Assembly: GCA_938034385.1 (NCBI GenBank)
Contig: CALHLC010000012.1
Span: forward strand, 87,575 to 151,574
From: an uncultured Bacteriovoracaceae bacterium
GTDB lineage: Bacteria > Bdellovibrionota > Bacteriovoracia > Bacteriovoracales > Bacteriovoracaceae
Direction: 5' to 3'
Length of the DNA stretch: 64,000 bases
The notes below the pieces were generated by a model. It was not told where the DNA came from and did not search any database. It saw nothing but the letters and a program-made list of their open reading frames with translations. The position numbers and the translations under genes are program-made. Below, in pieces: positions 22,687 to 33,752 of this stretch (its first letter is position 1; the number at the start of each line of letters is the position of its first letter).

Positions 22687-23433
22687 ATGAAACGTCTTTT
22701 AGCAGTATTTTTGATATTACCATTTTTATCTGGCTGTGGAGAGTTTTCCCAAAGAGTTAAAGATTTAGTTGTAAACACCTTGGCCATTGATAATGACATG
22801 CACCTTGTTGCAACAACTTCTCTTGATCTAGGGGGAATTGTCTTACCTAATATTAAGCACGATGTAATCCATCCAAAGCTTGGGAAATTAGGATTATTAA
22901 GTATTCATGGTGATAATCAAGTGAGTTTTCAATTAAACATTAGTGTTTTAACACCAAATCTAAATGTGTCAGATGCGATTTTACCAAATGGAAAGAAGGT
23001 ACCTTTAATTGGCGATCTTCCAACAGTTGTTCTTCCTGTTAAAGGAACTGGAGCATCATTTTATATCACTCTAGCTAAAGGAGCTGCAGTGGTTGGTTTT
23101 GCCCTACCGTTTAAAAACTTTGGAGGAGAGCTTGGTGAAGACCTTGGTTCATTTAGTGTTATTCCAACATTTCAAGTTAAAGATTTTAAAGTTTCAGGTG
23201 GATTGTTTTATGGTGAAAATCCAGGAGAAAGTGGGCTGGGAGCATTTATCGATATAAGTGATCTATTAGCAAGGGCCTTTCCAAATACTGGAGTTCAACC
23301 ACCAATACTCATTGAAGATGATGGGCTTGAGCTAGATTATGAAGAAAGCATTTATACAAAAGATGAAGAGAAAGCATCTGGAAGATATTTAAGAGACTTA
23401 CATAATGAGGGGAGAGTTTTAGAGCTTTATTAA
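22687..23433 (+). CDS. hypothetical lipoprotein
   Basis: Lipobox FLSGC. Confidence 0.4.
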   Translation: MKRLLAVFLILPFLSGCGEFSQRVKDLVVNTLAIDNDMHLVATTSLDLGGIVLPNIKHDVIHPKLGKLGLLSIHGDNQVSFQLNISVLTPNLNVSDAILPNGKKVPLIGDLPTVVLPVKGTGASFYITLAKGAAVVGFALPFKNFGGELGEDLGSFSVIPTFQVKDFKVSGGLFYGENPGESGLGAFIDISDLLARAFPNTGVQPPILIEDDGLELDYEESIYTKDEEKASGRYLRDLHNEGRVLELY

Positions 23434-23450
23434 ACTCTAGAGAAAATGCC

Positions 23451-23488
23451 AAAAAAAAAGGCCTTACGAATGTAGGGCCTTTTTTTTT
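23451..23488. terminator. bidirectional rho-independent terminator
   Basis: An A9 run, then an 8-bp stem GGCCTTAC/GTAGGGCC (one G-U pair) with loop gaat, then a T9 run. It sits between convergent genes. Confidence 0.65.
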
Positions 23489-23505
23489 ATATATAAAAAT
23501 TAAGA

Positions 23506-23736
23506 TTATATTTTTTTAGAGTATCTATTGTTTTTGATACTATTTTTCTTTCTTCTTTTTTCAGCTGCTTCTAATTTTTCCTTCATTCTAACTGAAGGTT
23601 TCTGATAAGCTTCTCTTCTTCTGTATTCTTTAACGATTCCATAGCTATCACAAAGTCTTTTAAACTTTCTTAATGCTTTTTCTACCGGAAATCCGCTTCC
23701 AATTTCGATTTTAATATTCTCAGGCTTTTTACCCAT
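23506..23736 (-). CDS. rpsU: 30S ribosomal protein S21
   Basis: ALRKFKRLCDSYGIVKEYRRREAYQKPSVRMKEK is the S21 signature. The start was moved to the internal ATG, which has an SD. Confidence 0.85.
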   Translation of the reverse strand: MGKKPENIKIEIGSGFPVEKALRKFKRLCDSYGIVKEYRRREAYQKPSVRMKEKLEAAEKRRKKNSIKNNRYSKKI

Positions 23737-23930
23737 TTTATCCCCTTGATAAACCATATTTCTTAATCCTTATCGTAATGTGATGAGGCAACTTAACACA
23801 TATAGTAATATTTTGCCAAAATAATTTAAGCAAATATTTAATAGTTCTAGAATACATTTATACCACGGCTTTACATCCAATCAAGCTTTAGGCATATTTG
23901 ACTCGTAAGTATTTAAAATTAGGTGTTTTT

Positions 23931-24818
23931 ATGATTAAGCTATTACTCACTTTCTTTACACTTTTCATTCTATCCTGCTCTAGTACCTCTGGTCCGCTAG
24001 GTAAAAGGTCTGGTTCGACTTCGAATATGACTTTCCAAAAGTATGAAGAAGCTATCGCACAAGGGCTGGGTCTTTGGAAGAATAGATATAGAAAATCTTC
24101 GTTATTAAAATTTATTGATAAATTTGAATCTTGTGCTGGAGCCTCTGAAGATTATGATTCTCAAATCTTAAGCAGATATAAGATCTATGAACGTTTAGGA
24201 AGAGCTTATTATTTACTTGGCTATAATCATCAAAAAGATTTAGCTAAAAGTAAGAAGTCATGGCAAATGGGAGCAAGTTGGGCTGAAAAAGCTTTATATA
24301 CGAATCATAACTTTAAAGAAGCTGTCGGAAAATACGGGGAATTTACACCGGCTTTATCAAAAGTTCAGGATCATCAAGTCGGTGCTCTTTATTGGTATTT
24401 AGCAAATATAGGAATGTGGTCTAAGAATTCTGGAGTATCCACTACTTTAAAATATATTAAATTAATTAAATCAATGCTAAGGCGAATTTCTCAAACTGAC
24501 CCTAATTATCATTATGGTGGTTTAGATAGATATCGAGGAGCATATTTTGCTGTCCTGCCTAGTTATGCAGGAGGAAATATAACAAAAAGTAGAGATCACT
24601 TTATTAAGTCCTTAAGAGTTGGACCTGAGTATCTAGGGACGAAAGTTCTTTACGCAATGATTTATGCTCAAAAAACAAAAAATAAACCTTTGTTTAAAAA
24701 ACTGTTAAAGGAAGTCGTAGAAAGTCCCGCAGTACATGATCCTGATATAAGAGCTGAAAATCTTTTAGAGAAGAAAAAAGCGACCGTTTTATTAAAGAAG
24801 ATGAATGATTTATTTTAG
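23931..24818 (+). CDS. helical-repeat lipoprotein (TatT-like family?)
   Basis: Lipobox ILSCSS from the ATG at 23931. The YHYGGLDRYRGAYFAVLPSYAGGN block resembles TRAP-T TatT-family proteins. No TRAP genes are nearby. Confidence 0.35.
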   Translation: MIKLLLTFFTLFILSCSSTSGPLGKRSGSTSNMTFQKYEEAIAQGLGLWKNRYRKSSLLKFIDKFESCAGASEDYDSQILSRYKIYERLGRAYYLLGYNHQKDLAKSKKSWQMGASWAEKALYTNHNFKEAVGKYGEFTPALSKVQDHQVGALYWYLANIGMWSKNSGVSTTLKYIKLIKSMLRRISQTDPNYHYGGLDRYRGAYFAVLPSYAGGNITKSRDHFIKSLRVGPEYLGTKVLYAMIYAQKTKNKPLFKKLLKEVVESPAVHDPDIRAENLLEKKKATVLLKKMNDLF

Positions 24819-25086
24819 TCTATTTTTTGCACTCTTAAGTTTTAGTCAAACATCAACGACTTTAAATGGGTTTGATAATTTTAAAAAAAATTATGAGAAA
24901 AATATCCCACATGATCCAAAAGAGCACACTATTTATTCTCAAGGTGGAGAGACAAGAATCAATAGAATTACAAATAATGAATTTGCACTGAATTATTTAA
25001 AAAAAGAAGTTATTAACTTGAAAAAAGAAATAAAATTTTTAAAAGAAAAACTTATAAAACTTGAAAAGAAAAAAACGAGTAAGTAA
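24805..25086 (+). CDS. small secreted coiled-coil protein
   Basis: Signal-like N-terminus and a K/E-rich heptad tail. Confidence 0.3.
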   Translation: MIYFSLFFALLSFSQTSTTLNGFDNFKKNYEKNIPHDPKEHTIYSQGGETRINRITNNEFALNYLKKEVINLKKEIKFLKEKLIKLEKKKTSK

Positions 25087-25527
25087 ATGAAGCTTTTTTT
25101 TGAAACAAATGTTTTATCTCCACTTGATCATGTTGTAAGCTCATTTAACTTGGAATTATTCCAAAAATTATCCCCTCCTCTTACCAAGATGAAAATTGTT
25201 CAATTCGATGGTTGCTTAAAAGGTGATGAAGTAAAGTTTTATATGTCTTTTTTAGGGGTAGAGCAGTATTGGCATAGTTTAATTCTTGATGATTATAAAT
25301 CACCAAACGAGGTTTATTTCATCGATATCGGTAAAGATCTCCCTTGGCCTTTTAAGGCCTGGCACCATAAACATATAATGAGAAAAATTGACGAAAAACA
25401 AACAGTCATTATTGACGAAATTGAGTTTGAGTGCAATTCGGAATTATTAACCCTTGTTTTCAGGCCTCTATTAATAGGATACTTTTATTATAGGAAAATG
25501 ATTTACAAGAAAGTATTTAATGTTTGA
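25087..25527 (+). CDS. hypothetical protein
   Basis: 146-aa ORF abutting its neighbours, with no recognised motif. Confidence 0.3.
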   Translation: MKLFFETNVLSPLDHVVSSFNLELFQKLSPPLTKMKIVQFDGCLKGDEVKFYMSFLGVEQYWHSLILDDYKSPNEVYFIDIGKDLPWPFKAWHHKHIMRKIDEKQTVIIDEIEFECNSELLTLVFRPLLIGYFYYRKMIYKKVFNV

Positions 25528-26188
25528 ATTTTTAGACCCAACAGTTATAGAAAATTTTTTTCTAAGTTACGCTTACTCACCGATGTATGTATATGTTGGG
25601 GTTGTTGTATTTATGTGTTTAAGCAGTCTAGGCTTTCCTCTTCCAGAAGAAGTTATTTTAGTAAGTGCCGGCTTTATTGCTTTTATGGCCTTGCATCCAG
25701 ACGAATATCCACCTCCAACTCCTGATTCTCAAGGAGTAAATTATATTACTCTCTCTATCGTTTGCTTTGTAGCTGTCCTTGCCAGTGACTTTATAATTTA
25801 TTGTATAGGAAAGTATTTTGGTGAAAAAGTTTTAAAGAGTACATTTTTTTCGAAAATGTTAAGTGAAAAAAACATTGAAAAAATTGATAAGTGGTATGAT
25901 AAATACGGAGCCCTTGTGTGTGGACTCTTTAGGTTTACCCCAGGGATAAGATTTCCAGGACATATGAGTTGTGGAATGATGGGAGTAAAGTGGTGGAAGT
26001 TCTTAGCGGTAGATGGAGTAGCTGCGATGATATCAGTCCCAACTCAAGTAATACTGGTTGCCCTTTATGGTAAAGTAATCTTAGAAAAAGTTAAGCCTTA
26101 TAAAATGGTATTCTTTGGAATCCTTGCTTTAATAGTTTTATTTTATTTATTTAAGCACTTTTTTCTCTCCAAGAGACAATCTTCTTAA
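25520..26188 (+). CDS. DedA/SNARE-associated family membrane protein
   Basis: Polytopic. LASDFIIYCIGKYFG and FRFTPGIRFP motifs. Confidence 0.75.
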   Translation: MFEFLDPTVIENFFLSYAYSPMYVYVGVVVFMCLSSLGFPLPEEVILVSAGFIAFMALHPDEYPPPTPDSQGVNYITLSIVCFVAVLASDFIIYCIGKYFGEKVLKSTFFSKMLSEKNIEKIDKWYDKYGALVCGLFRFTPGIRFPGHMSCGMMGVKWWKFLAVDGVAAMISVPTQVILVALYGKVILEKVKPYKMVFFGILALIVLFYLFKHFFLSKRQSS

Positions 26189-26233
26189 TCTTACTTATAA
26201 TTAATATTAGCATTTTGATGGGAGTTTAGTTTT

Positions 26234-26758
26234 ATGAGATTAATTGATTATGTACACCAAGGTGGATTGATCATGTATATTTTGGTGATATTAAATATCA
26301 TTGGTATTACGATTATTCTATGGAAAATTTTTTCTCTCTATAGCTATAAAAATAGGCTCGACTCAATTGCAAAATTCATTGCAGAAGGATTTGAGAAAAA
26401 AACTTCTAACTCCACTCTTGGTGAAACACTTAAGCACTCTTTAGCAAAAGATGAAGTAGATAATGAAATGAGTAAGCTTGAATCTGGTTTAAATACAGTT
26501 AAAATTATCGCTTCAATTGCTCCACTGCTAGGTTTATTAGGAACGGTGATTGGAATCTTGGGAGCATTTGATGTTATCTCAAAGAAGGGATTAAGTGATC
26601 CTTCCTTATTTGCAGGAGGGATTTCTCTGGCCTTGATCACTACTGTTGGTGGGTTGATCGTGGCAATTCCACATTTGATTGGACATAACTACCTTGTGAG
26701 AGCAATAGATAAGATCCAAGCAAAACTAGAAGATAAAGTTTTTTCTAAGGTATTTTAA
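26234..26758 (+). CDS. MotA/TolQ/ExbB proton-channel family protein
   Basis: APLLGLLGTVIGI...GGISLALITTVGGLIVAIP signature. Confidence 0.8.
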   Translation: MRLIDYVHQGGLIMYILVILNIIGITIILWKIFSLYSYKNRLDSIAKFIAEGFEKKTSNSTLGETLKHSLAKDEVDNEMSKLESGLNTVKIIASIAPLLGLLGTVIGILGAFDVISKKGLSDPSLFAGGISLALITTVGGLIVAIPHLIGHNYLVRAIDKIQAKLEDKVFSKVF

Positions 26759-27153
26759 TGGCCAGAAAAAAAAGAGAATTTATTACTCCTGATTTAACAC
26801 CTTTGATTGATGTAGTCTTTCTATTATTAATATTCTTCCTAGTTTCGAGTGTGTTTAAAAAAGACGAATATGCTTTATTGTTAAACTTACCCGTTACTGA
26901 AGAAGGTGAAGGGGTCAAGAAAAAGGTTGAGGAATTAACTATAGAAATAAATAAAGATTCTTACGCTCTTAATAAAGAGTCAGTCTCCATAACTGAGCTT
27001 ACTGCTAAGCTAAATAGCTATGAAGCGAGTATAGTCGTAAATATTAGAGCTGATCAAGAAAGTCCTTATAAAAGGTTGATAAAAGTCTTAGAAACTCTTC
27101 AAAGTCAGAAAAAAGAAAATATATCATTGATCACCGAAAAAGAGACAAAATAA
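26758..27153 (+). CDS. ExbD/TolR biopolymer transport protein
   Basis: DLTPLIDVVFLLLIFFLV N-terminal signature. Directly abuts the ExbB-like gene. Confidence 0.8.
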   Translation: MARKKREFITPDLTPLIDVVFLLLIFFLVSSVFKKDEYALLLNLPVTEEGEGVKKKVEELTIEINKDSYALNKESVSITELTAKLNSYEASIVVNIRADQESPYKRLIKVLETLQSQKKENISLITEKETK

Positions 27154-27242
27154 ACAATTCCTTACAAAACAGCTCTTTGATTGACCAAAAGAATCCGAAG
27201 CCTCAAAATTTTTAAATAACTTTAACAACAAAGGTTTTCAGG

Positions 27243-28799
27243 ATGAATACTATTAAATTTCTCATTTTATTTTTTACTCTCACAAGCTTTAGTAATGTCT
27301 TAGCAATACTTGACTCAGGTGTAGATTATAAGCATACAGAACTTATAGATAAAATGTGGACGAACCCAAATGAAGTGGAAGGTAACAGAAGAGATGATGA
27401 TAAAAATGGTTATAGAGACGATTTTTACGGTTGGAACTTTGCTAGTTCAACGGGAGAGATTATTAATTATGATTATTTAGGAACATTTTCTAAAGACCCA
27501 CATCGCTTATTTAAGATTCAAGCTGAAATTTTAAGTAATGGTTTTCCATCATCTGCTCTTGGTTGTTATTGCAGTCAGGCAAACCCGAAATGCTCTAGTA
27601 TAGACTATGGAGATATTTATGCTAATTCGAAACTCGTAGAGGATGATTTTAAATGGATCTGTTCTAAAAGATCAGATAAGAAATTTAATGCTGAAATGGG
27701 CAAGTTTGGAAATTTTATTCATGGAACTCATGTTGCTCATATTGCTTCAAGGCTTTCTCCGGAATCAAAAGTCATGGGACTAAAGCTAATTCCTACTGAA
27801 ATAGGGGAAGTCCAATCTTGGATGCTTAATGTTTTTAAACAATCTTATAAAACTAAGAAATATTATACAGGAGAGGCTAAAAACAAGGATGGAGCTAGAG
27901 ATAAAGCATTAAAAACTCTATTATCAAGTCTTGCAGGAATGCAGACAGGAATGTTAGTTGAAGCCTTTAATTATATTAAAGATCAGAAAGTATCTGTAGT
28001 GAACGGATCTTTTGGAACGCCTTTTGAAGGGATCAAAATGTTTTCTGATAACGCTTTCAAAGTTATCTTTTTTAGAAAGCCAACTAAGGAAGAATCTGAT
28101 AAATATGCGAGACATTATTTTTCAGTTCAATTAGAAATCTTATCTAAATCTATTGCTAATGCTAAAGATACTCTTTGGGTTTTTGCTTCAGGAAATAGTG
28201 CGAGTAATAATGATTTATATCCTAGTTCTCCTACCAATATTGACCTTCCAAATGTGATATCTGTTGCTGCAACTCTAAATTACTCATCACTTGCAAGTTT
28301 CTCTAATTATGGAAGTAAAATGGTTGATGTGGGAGCTCCTGGTGTAGTTATTAAAGCTGCAATTCCCTCGCAGACTCATGATGAATTCATTCAAGTGAGC
28401 GGAACTTCACAGGCATCTCCATTTGTAGCAGGAGTGGCGGCAAAGATTAGAATGACTAATAACAAATTAACACCAGCAGAAGTTAAAAAGATTATTGTTA
28501 GCACTATTGATGAAAAAGATTTTATGAATGGTAAAACAAAGCATGCGGGAGTTGTTAATAATGAAAGAGCTGTACATGCTGCAGAGCTTTCTCTTAGCAA
28601 TGAATTAGATAAGGCCATAGGAATGGCTAAATCTAAAATTAATGATAGGCCTAGTACAATGAGTAAGTCTTTGATGAGCAAAGCTATTGATGCAACTGCA
28701 GGGTATATGCCAGACCTTACTCATGACAAGCAAACTCAAGCTGAAATGAATGAGCTTATAAGTAAAATGGCTACTCAAATGGTTCAACGTCTAAAATAA
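27243..28799 (+). CDS. S8 (subtilisin) family serine peptidase
   Basis: Catalytic triad blocks AILDSGVD, HGTHVAHIA and SGTSQASPFVAG. Signal peptide present. Confidence 0.85.
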   Translation: MNTIKFLILFFTLTSFSNVLAILDSGVDYKHTELIDKMWTNPNEVEGNRRDDDKNGYRDDFYGWNFASSTGEIINYDYLGTFSKDPHRLFKIQAEILSNGFPSSALGCYCSQANPKCSSIDYGDIYANSKLVEDDFKWICSKRSDKKFNAEMGKFGNFIHGTHVAHIASRLSPESKVMGLKLIPTEIGEVQSWMLNVFKQSYKTKKYYTGEAKNKDGARDKALKTLLSSLAGMQTGMLVEAFNYIKDQKVSVVNGSFGTPFEGIKMFSDNAFKVIFFRKPTKEESDKYARHYFSVQLEILSKSIANAKDTLWVFASGNSASNNDLYPSSPTNIDLPNVISVAATLNYSSLASFSNYGSKMVDVGAPGVVIKAAIPSQTHDEFIQVSGTSQASPFVAGVAAKIRMTNNKLTPAEVKKIIVSTIDEKDFMNGKTKHAGVVNNERAVHAAELSLSNELDKAIGMAKSKINDRPSTMSKSLMSKAIDATAGYMPDLTHDKQTQAEMNELISKMATQMVQRLK

Positions 28800-28901
28800 C
28801 GCAGAATACACAGGGATGACTACTAGAGTCATTCCTGAATATCTTTCACGCCTCTACATTTATCATCGTCATAAAGATCGATCTTAGCTAAATTCTTTTT
28901 A

Positions 28902-31205
28902 ATGAAGCAATCATTTATTAATTTCATTATTAGCTCGCCTAAGAAATCAATAATATTAAGCCTCGTTTTCATTTTAACGTCTCTAACTGGTTTTTTTTCT
29001 ATTCAGTCAGATTTCACTTATCAAGTTTGGTATGACCAAGATAATCCAGGATTAAACCAATTTAAAGAGTTTGAATCAAAGTTTGGAAATGATGATAATA
29101 TCCTGATCTCTATACATTCTAAAAGTGGAATTTTTAATGCCAAGACTTTAAAAACTATCAAAAAGTTAAGTGAGGAATTAAGCTTAGTTCAAGATGTTTT
29201 AAGAGTTGATTCCATTTTGGATTTCCCTGAGATTAAAAGCTTTAAAGATGATATTAAAATTTCTTCATTTATTGACGAAGATAAGCTTGATGAGCTTAGC
29301 CAGCAGGACTTTGATGAAATAAAGAACAAAGCAGTCAATGATAAGAATTTAAAAAACTGGTTTGTAAGTGAGGATGGAACTTTAAGTGTTTTGACAGCTA
29401 CTATGCGTCCAGGCTTTGATAATCCTCCTCCCTATATAGAGATCGATAAAGACATAGAGAAACTTTTGGAAAAATTTTCAAATGATAACCTTTCTCTTTA
29501 TAGGGCTGGAGCCGTAACTTTAACTAGGTTTTACCATGATGCAACTTTTAGAGATATTTCAGTAGTTGTCCCTACTGTGATAGGTATTTTTATTCTCATT
29601 TTATTTTATCTGTATAGAAGTTATTATTGCGTTCTGCTGACATTTTTTTTATTAGTTCTTAGTGACGTCATGATGCTAGGTTATTCTTTTCTATTAGGGT
29701 TTAAGGTTAATACCCTCTCCAGTGCTTCCCCTACAGTTTTATTAACAGTAGCAATGGCAGATGCCATTCATCTTTTAACAAGTTTCTTTATAGGGCTAGA
29801 AAGATTTAAAGATAAACAAGAAGCTATAAGATATTCACTTGATAAAAACTTTTACCCGACTCTATTAACTACTTTTACGACAGCTGTCGGTTTTTTAAGT
29901 TTTGGTATAGCCGAGATTGTCCCAATAGCCTGGATGGGAATAGGAGTTGCTATTGGTGTTGTATGTGCTTGGGTTTTATCTTTTACTCTTTTCGCTCCAC
30001 TTCTTCTCATAGGTTTTAAAGTAAAAGATCAGGTTAAAACAAAACAGCAATCTTTCAACTTAGTAGGGTTGAGTGAATTTGTGATAGGCAATGCTAAGTT
30101 AATTGTATTATTGGGTTGTATTCTGATGGGGTGGGGGATTTATTTTGGATCGAAGTTAGAGATTAATATGGAGCCTCTTAGTCAATTCAAAGATAGTCAC
30201 TATCTTGTGAAAACATCTAACTTTTTAAAATCCAAACTTGGAGCACTAAATTCTTTTGAGATAATGATAAATACTCCTGAAGAAGATGGAATAAAAGATC
30301 CTATTTTCTTAGAGAGAATTGATAAGTTTCAAGTTTGGTTGGAATCTCAACCAAAAATTACATATTCTACTTCATTTTTAAATATTTTAAAAAATATCAA
30401 TAAATCTTTGAATTCGGATAAGATAGAGTTTCATAAAATTCCTGAAACTAAAGGACAAGTAGCTGAAGAGTTATTACTTTATCAGTTTAGCGTTCCTGAA
30501 GGAAAAGATATGACTAACTTAACGAGTATAAAAAATAACTCATTAAGAATTCAAGGAAGGTGGGATATCGTTAGTTCCAAAGAAGGGCTGGAGATTATTG
30601 ATGATATTAGACTTAAACTCGATCGTCTTGGTTTAGATGGGACAGTTACAGGGAAGTCACCTCTGATCTTTGGTTTAGTTTTAGAAATCGTAAAAACTCT
30701 AGGATCATCATTTTTATTGGCAGTTATTTGTATTGGGATAATGCTAATTATTATTTTAAAGTCACTTCGTCTTGGACTCTTATCACTTATCCCTAATGTT
30801 CTTCCTATTATTATGGGATCGGCTGTTTTTTACTTCATAGGATCTGATATTGACTTAGGAGTTGTATTAGTTGCAAGTGTTTGCCTAGGTATAGCAGTAG
30901 ATGATTCAATACACTTTTTATTTGAGTACAAGAAAAACAAAGAAAGTGGAATGAGCATAGAGGATAACTTTACGAATATTTTTAATTATACTTTGCCGTC
31001 TCTTAGTTTTACGACCTTTCTATTATTTATAGGATTTGGAAGTTTCTTATTGGCTGATTATATACCGAATGTGAAATTTGGTTTAATGACTGCTCTTATT
31101 TTATTGTTGGCCTTAATTTCAGATATGCTTTTTTTACCTGCTGTTTTATATCTAGCAGATAAAGAGAAAAAACCTGTTCTTTCTATAGAAACTAATAAGT
31201 CTTAG
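28902..31205 (+). CDS. RND superfamily (MMPL-type) exporter
   Basis: 767 aa with two blocks of about 6 TM helices separated by large loops. SSD-like region. Confidence 0.7.
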   Translation: MKQSFINFIISSPKKSIILSLVFILTSLTGFFSIQSDFTYQVWYDQDNPGLNQFKEFESKFGNDDNILISIHSKSGIFNAKTLKTIKKLSEELSLVQDVLRVDSILDFPEIKSFKDDIKISSFIDEDKLDELSQQDFDEIKNKAVNDKNLKNWFVSEDGTLSVLTATMRPGFDNPPPYIEIDKDIEKLLEKFSNDNLSLYRAGAVTLTRFYHDATFRDISVVVPTVIGIFILILFYLYRSYYCVLLTFFLLVLSDVMMLGYSFLLGFKVNTLSSASPTVLLTVAMADAIHLLTSFFIGLERFKDKQEAIRYSLDKNFYPTLLTTFTTAVGFLSFGIAEIVPIAWMGIGVAIGVVCAWVLSFTLFAPLLLIGFKVKDQVKTKQQSFNLVGLSEFVIGNAKLIVLLGCILMGWGIYFGSKLEINMEPLSQFKDSHYLVKTSNFLKSKLGALNSFEIMINTPEEDGIKDPIFLERIDKFQVWLESQPKITYSTSFLNILKNINKSLNSDKIEFHKIPETKGQVAEELLLYQFSVPEGKDMTNLTSIKNNSLRIQGRWDIVSSKEGLEIIDDIRLKLDRLGLDGTVTGKSPLIFGLVLEIVKTLGSSFLLAVICIGIMLIIILKSLRLGLLSLIPNVLPIIMGSAVFYFIGSDIDLGVVLVASVCLGIAVDDSIHFLFEYKKNKESGMSIEDNFTNIFNYTLPSLSFTTFLLFIGFGSFLLADYIPNVKFGLMTALILLLALISDMLFLPAVLYLADKEKKPVLSIETNKS

Positions 31206-32374
31206 TATAATAAGATTTCTTTCCTCTTGTTTAGAAAGCTCTCTTTGCCCTCACTTTCTATTTCGTTTAATTGATCAAGGCTTCCGTTGTTTTCAATCCA
31301 TTTTTTTATTTTATCAGTCCCATTGATAAAATTAATTGGATCATCATCATATTGATATTCATAAGGAGGCTTGGTCCATTGGAAATCGTTCCCTAAATGA
31401 TGATAGAGTTCTCTCATCACTATTTGTCCTAATTGCCACGGCTTAAAAGCTTCTCGGTTTGTTACATGAATTTGGAAACCTCCACAATCAACTTTTGCAT
31501 GCTTTTGAAAAGTTGGTTGGAAGATACAAGGTCTAAGTTTAAAACCATCTATGTGGGAAAGCTTAGGAGCGATCTTTTCACAAAATGAATATGGCTCAAT
31601 TGAAGGATGACCGATATTTTCTAAACTAATAGTTGTGCCTCGTCCTTCTGAAACATTTGTCCCTTCATACATAACAGTTGAAACAAATGTTATGGCCGCT
31701 TCTGGGGTTGCAAGGTTTGGTGAAGGTAGAACCCATGGTAGTCCGGTATCTCTAAAATACATTCCTCGCTTCCAACCAGTCATTTCAACAATTGTTAGCT
31801 CACATGGTTTTTGCCAATTCTTATTGGCCATTAAAGCAACTTCTCCCATCGTAAGTCCATGTCTTATGGCAATAGGGTGAAGACCAACAAAAGATTTAAA
31901 TTTTTCCTCTAGAATATTTCCTTCAATTTGAAGTCCACCAATAGGATTTGGTCTATCTAGAATCACAACTTCTATCCCAAGTTCACTGCATTTTTTCATT
32001 AAAAGCGTCATTGTATAAATATAGGTATAAATTCTACATCCAACATCTTGAAGATCTACAAAGATAACATCTATACCACCTAACATTTCATCAGATGGAG
32101 TTCGAGTCTCACTATAGAGACTATAAATGGGAAGTTTGAAGTAAGGATGATCGTAGTGATCACTCTCGATCATATTGTCTTGAACATTTCCAATAAGGCC
32201 GTGCTGAGGGCCAAATACTTTTTTTAGACTATCTCCAAAAACTGACTTGAAAATATTGATAGAATGCTCGAGCTCAAAATTTACGGAAGCGGCATGACAA
32301 AGGAGAGCTATATTTTTAGACTTGTAATCAACAGAAATTGTTTTTAGTCGATCTAGACCAGTTTGAACCGTCAT
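31202..32374 (-). CDS. DUF1343 family protein (NamZ-like exo-muramidase family)
   Basis: TGLDRL...LLCHAASV N-terminus and length typical of DUF1343. Confidence 0.65.
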   Translation of the reverse strand: MTVQTGLDRLKTISVDYKSKNIALLCHAASVNFELEHSINIFKSVFGDSLKKVFGPQHGLIGNVQDNMIESDHYDHPYFKLPIYSLYSETRTPSDEMLGGIDVIFVDLQDVGCRIYTYIYTMTLLMKKCSELGIEVVILDRPNPIGGLQIEGNILEEKFKSFVGLHPIAIRHGLTMGEVALMANKNWQKPCELTIVEMTGWKRGMYFRDTGLPWVLPSPNLATPEAAITFVSTVMYEGTNVSEGRGTTISLENIGHPSIEPYSFCEKIAPKLSHIDGFKLRPCIFQPTFQKHAKVDCGGFQIHVTNREAFKPWQLGQIVMRELYHHLGNDFQWTKPPYEYQYDDDPINFINGTDKIKKWIENNGSLDQLNEIESEGKESFLNKRKEILLY

Positions 32375-32457
32375 AATCTTGCTCCTTAATATTAGAAATC
32401 TTATCTACTAAAATTTTAGGGTAGGTGGCATAATGAATCAACCAAAGGAAAAATCGT

Positions 32458-33252
32458 ATGAAGCAATATTTAGATCTAATGAATCATGTACTAGAAAACG
32501 GCACGGCTAAAGAAGATAGAACTGGTACGGGAACATATTCGGTCTTTGGTCATCAATTACGCTTTGACCTCTCAAAAGGTTTTCCATTGGTGACGACTAA
32601 AAAGATTCATCTTAAGTCAGTTATTTACGAACTATTATGGTTTATTAAAGGTCAGGGAAATATTCAATATCTTAAAGAGCATGGAGTTCGTATTTGGGAT
32701 GAGTGGGCAGATGAGCAAGGTAACCTTGGTCCTGTTTATGGAGTACAATGGAGGTCATGGCCTAAAGATAATGGAAAGTCTGTAGATCAATTAGCAGCAG
32801 TGATAGAGAGTATTAAAAATAATCCAAATTCAAGAAGGCATCTTGTGAACTCTTGGAACGTTGGGCTTATTGATCAAATGGCATTACCGCCATGCCATAC
32901 AATGTTTCAGTTTTATGTGGCAGATAATAAATTATCATGTCAGTTATACCAAAGGTCGGCTGATATCTTTCTAGGTGTTCCATTTAATATCGCGTCTTAT
33001 TCTCTTTTAACAATGATGATTGCTCAGGTATGTGATTTAGAACTTGGTGATTTTGTTCATACTCTTGGAGATGCTCACTTATACTCAAACCATATAGACC
33101 AAGCAAAGTTACAACTCTCTAGAGATACTTTCAAGCTGCCAACAATGAAGATTAATCCTGATATAAAATCAATTGATGATTTTAGGTTTGAAGACTTTGA
33201 AATTCAAAATTATGAATGTCATCCCGGAATCAAAGGTAAAGTAGCCGTATGA
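32458..33252 (+). CDS. thyA: thymidylate synthase
   Basis: MKQYLDL..., DRTGTGT, LPPCH active site and DAHLYSNH. Confidence 0.95.
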   Translation: MKQYLDLMNHVLENGTAKEDRTGTGTYSVFGHQLRFDLSKGFPLVTTKKIHLKSVIYELLWFIKGQGNIQYLKEHGVRIWDEWADEQGNLGPVYGVQWRSWPKDNGKSVDQLAAVIESIKNNPNSRRHLVNSWNVGLIDQMALPPCHTMFQFYVADNKLSCQLYQRSADIFLGVPFNIASYSLLTMMIAQVCDLELGDFVHTLGDAHLYSNHIDQAKLQLSRDTFKLPTMKINPDIKSIDDFRFEDFEIQNYECHPGIKGKVAV

Positions 33253-33746
33253 AGTATTCTCTTATTGTAGCTGTTAGTGAAAATAATGTAATAGGTAAAG
33301 ATAATGATATGCCATGGAGGCTCTCTGCTGACCTTAAGAATTTTAAAGAAATCACAATGGGGCATGCTTTAATAATGGGGAGAAAAACATTTGAATCTAT
33401 TGGTAGTGTTTTACCAGGGAGAAGGTCATGTGTTTTAACATCTCAAGATTTTATTTCAGACCAGGCAGATCTTGGGTTCTATCATTCATTTGATGAAATA
33501 GAGCAAACTCTTCCGGCCCATGATACTAAAGAAGCCTTTATCATAGGGGGAGCTCAAATATACAAAGAGTTTTTTGATAAAGCATCTACGTTTTATAGAA
33601 CAGTTGTGCATACTGAAATTCATGATGGAGACGCATTCTTTCCAGAGATTGACTTAAGTGACTGGACTAAAATAAGGGAAGAAAAACATTTCAAAGACGA
33701 GAAAAACGAGTATGATTATACTTTTGAAGTATATGTAAAAAACTAA
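33249..33746 (+). CDS. folA: dihydrofolate reductase
   Basis: [21 protein letters not shown] and [12 protein letters not shown] overlap with thyA. Confidence 0.9.
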   Translation: MKYSLIVAVSENNVIGKDNDMPWRLSADLKNFKEITMGHALIMGRKTFESIGSVLPGRRSCVLTSQDFISDQADLGFYHSFDEIEQTLPAHDTKEAFIIGGAQIYKEFFDKASTFYRTVVHTEIHDGDAFFPEIDLSDWTKIREEKHFKDEKNEYDYTFEVYVKN

Positions 33747-33752
33747 AGGTAC

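Noticed and set aside
28800-28901. Hairpin GGATGACT..AGTCATTCC after the S8 peptidase gene, considered as a terminator.
   Set aside because: The stem is bulged and no T tract follows, so the evidence is too weak to annotate.
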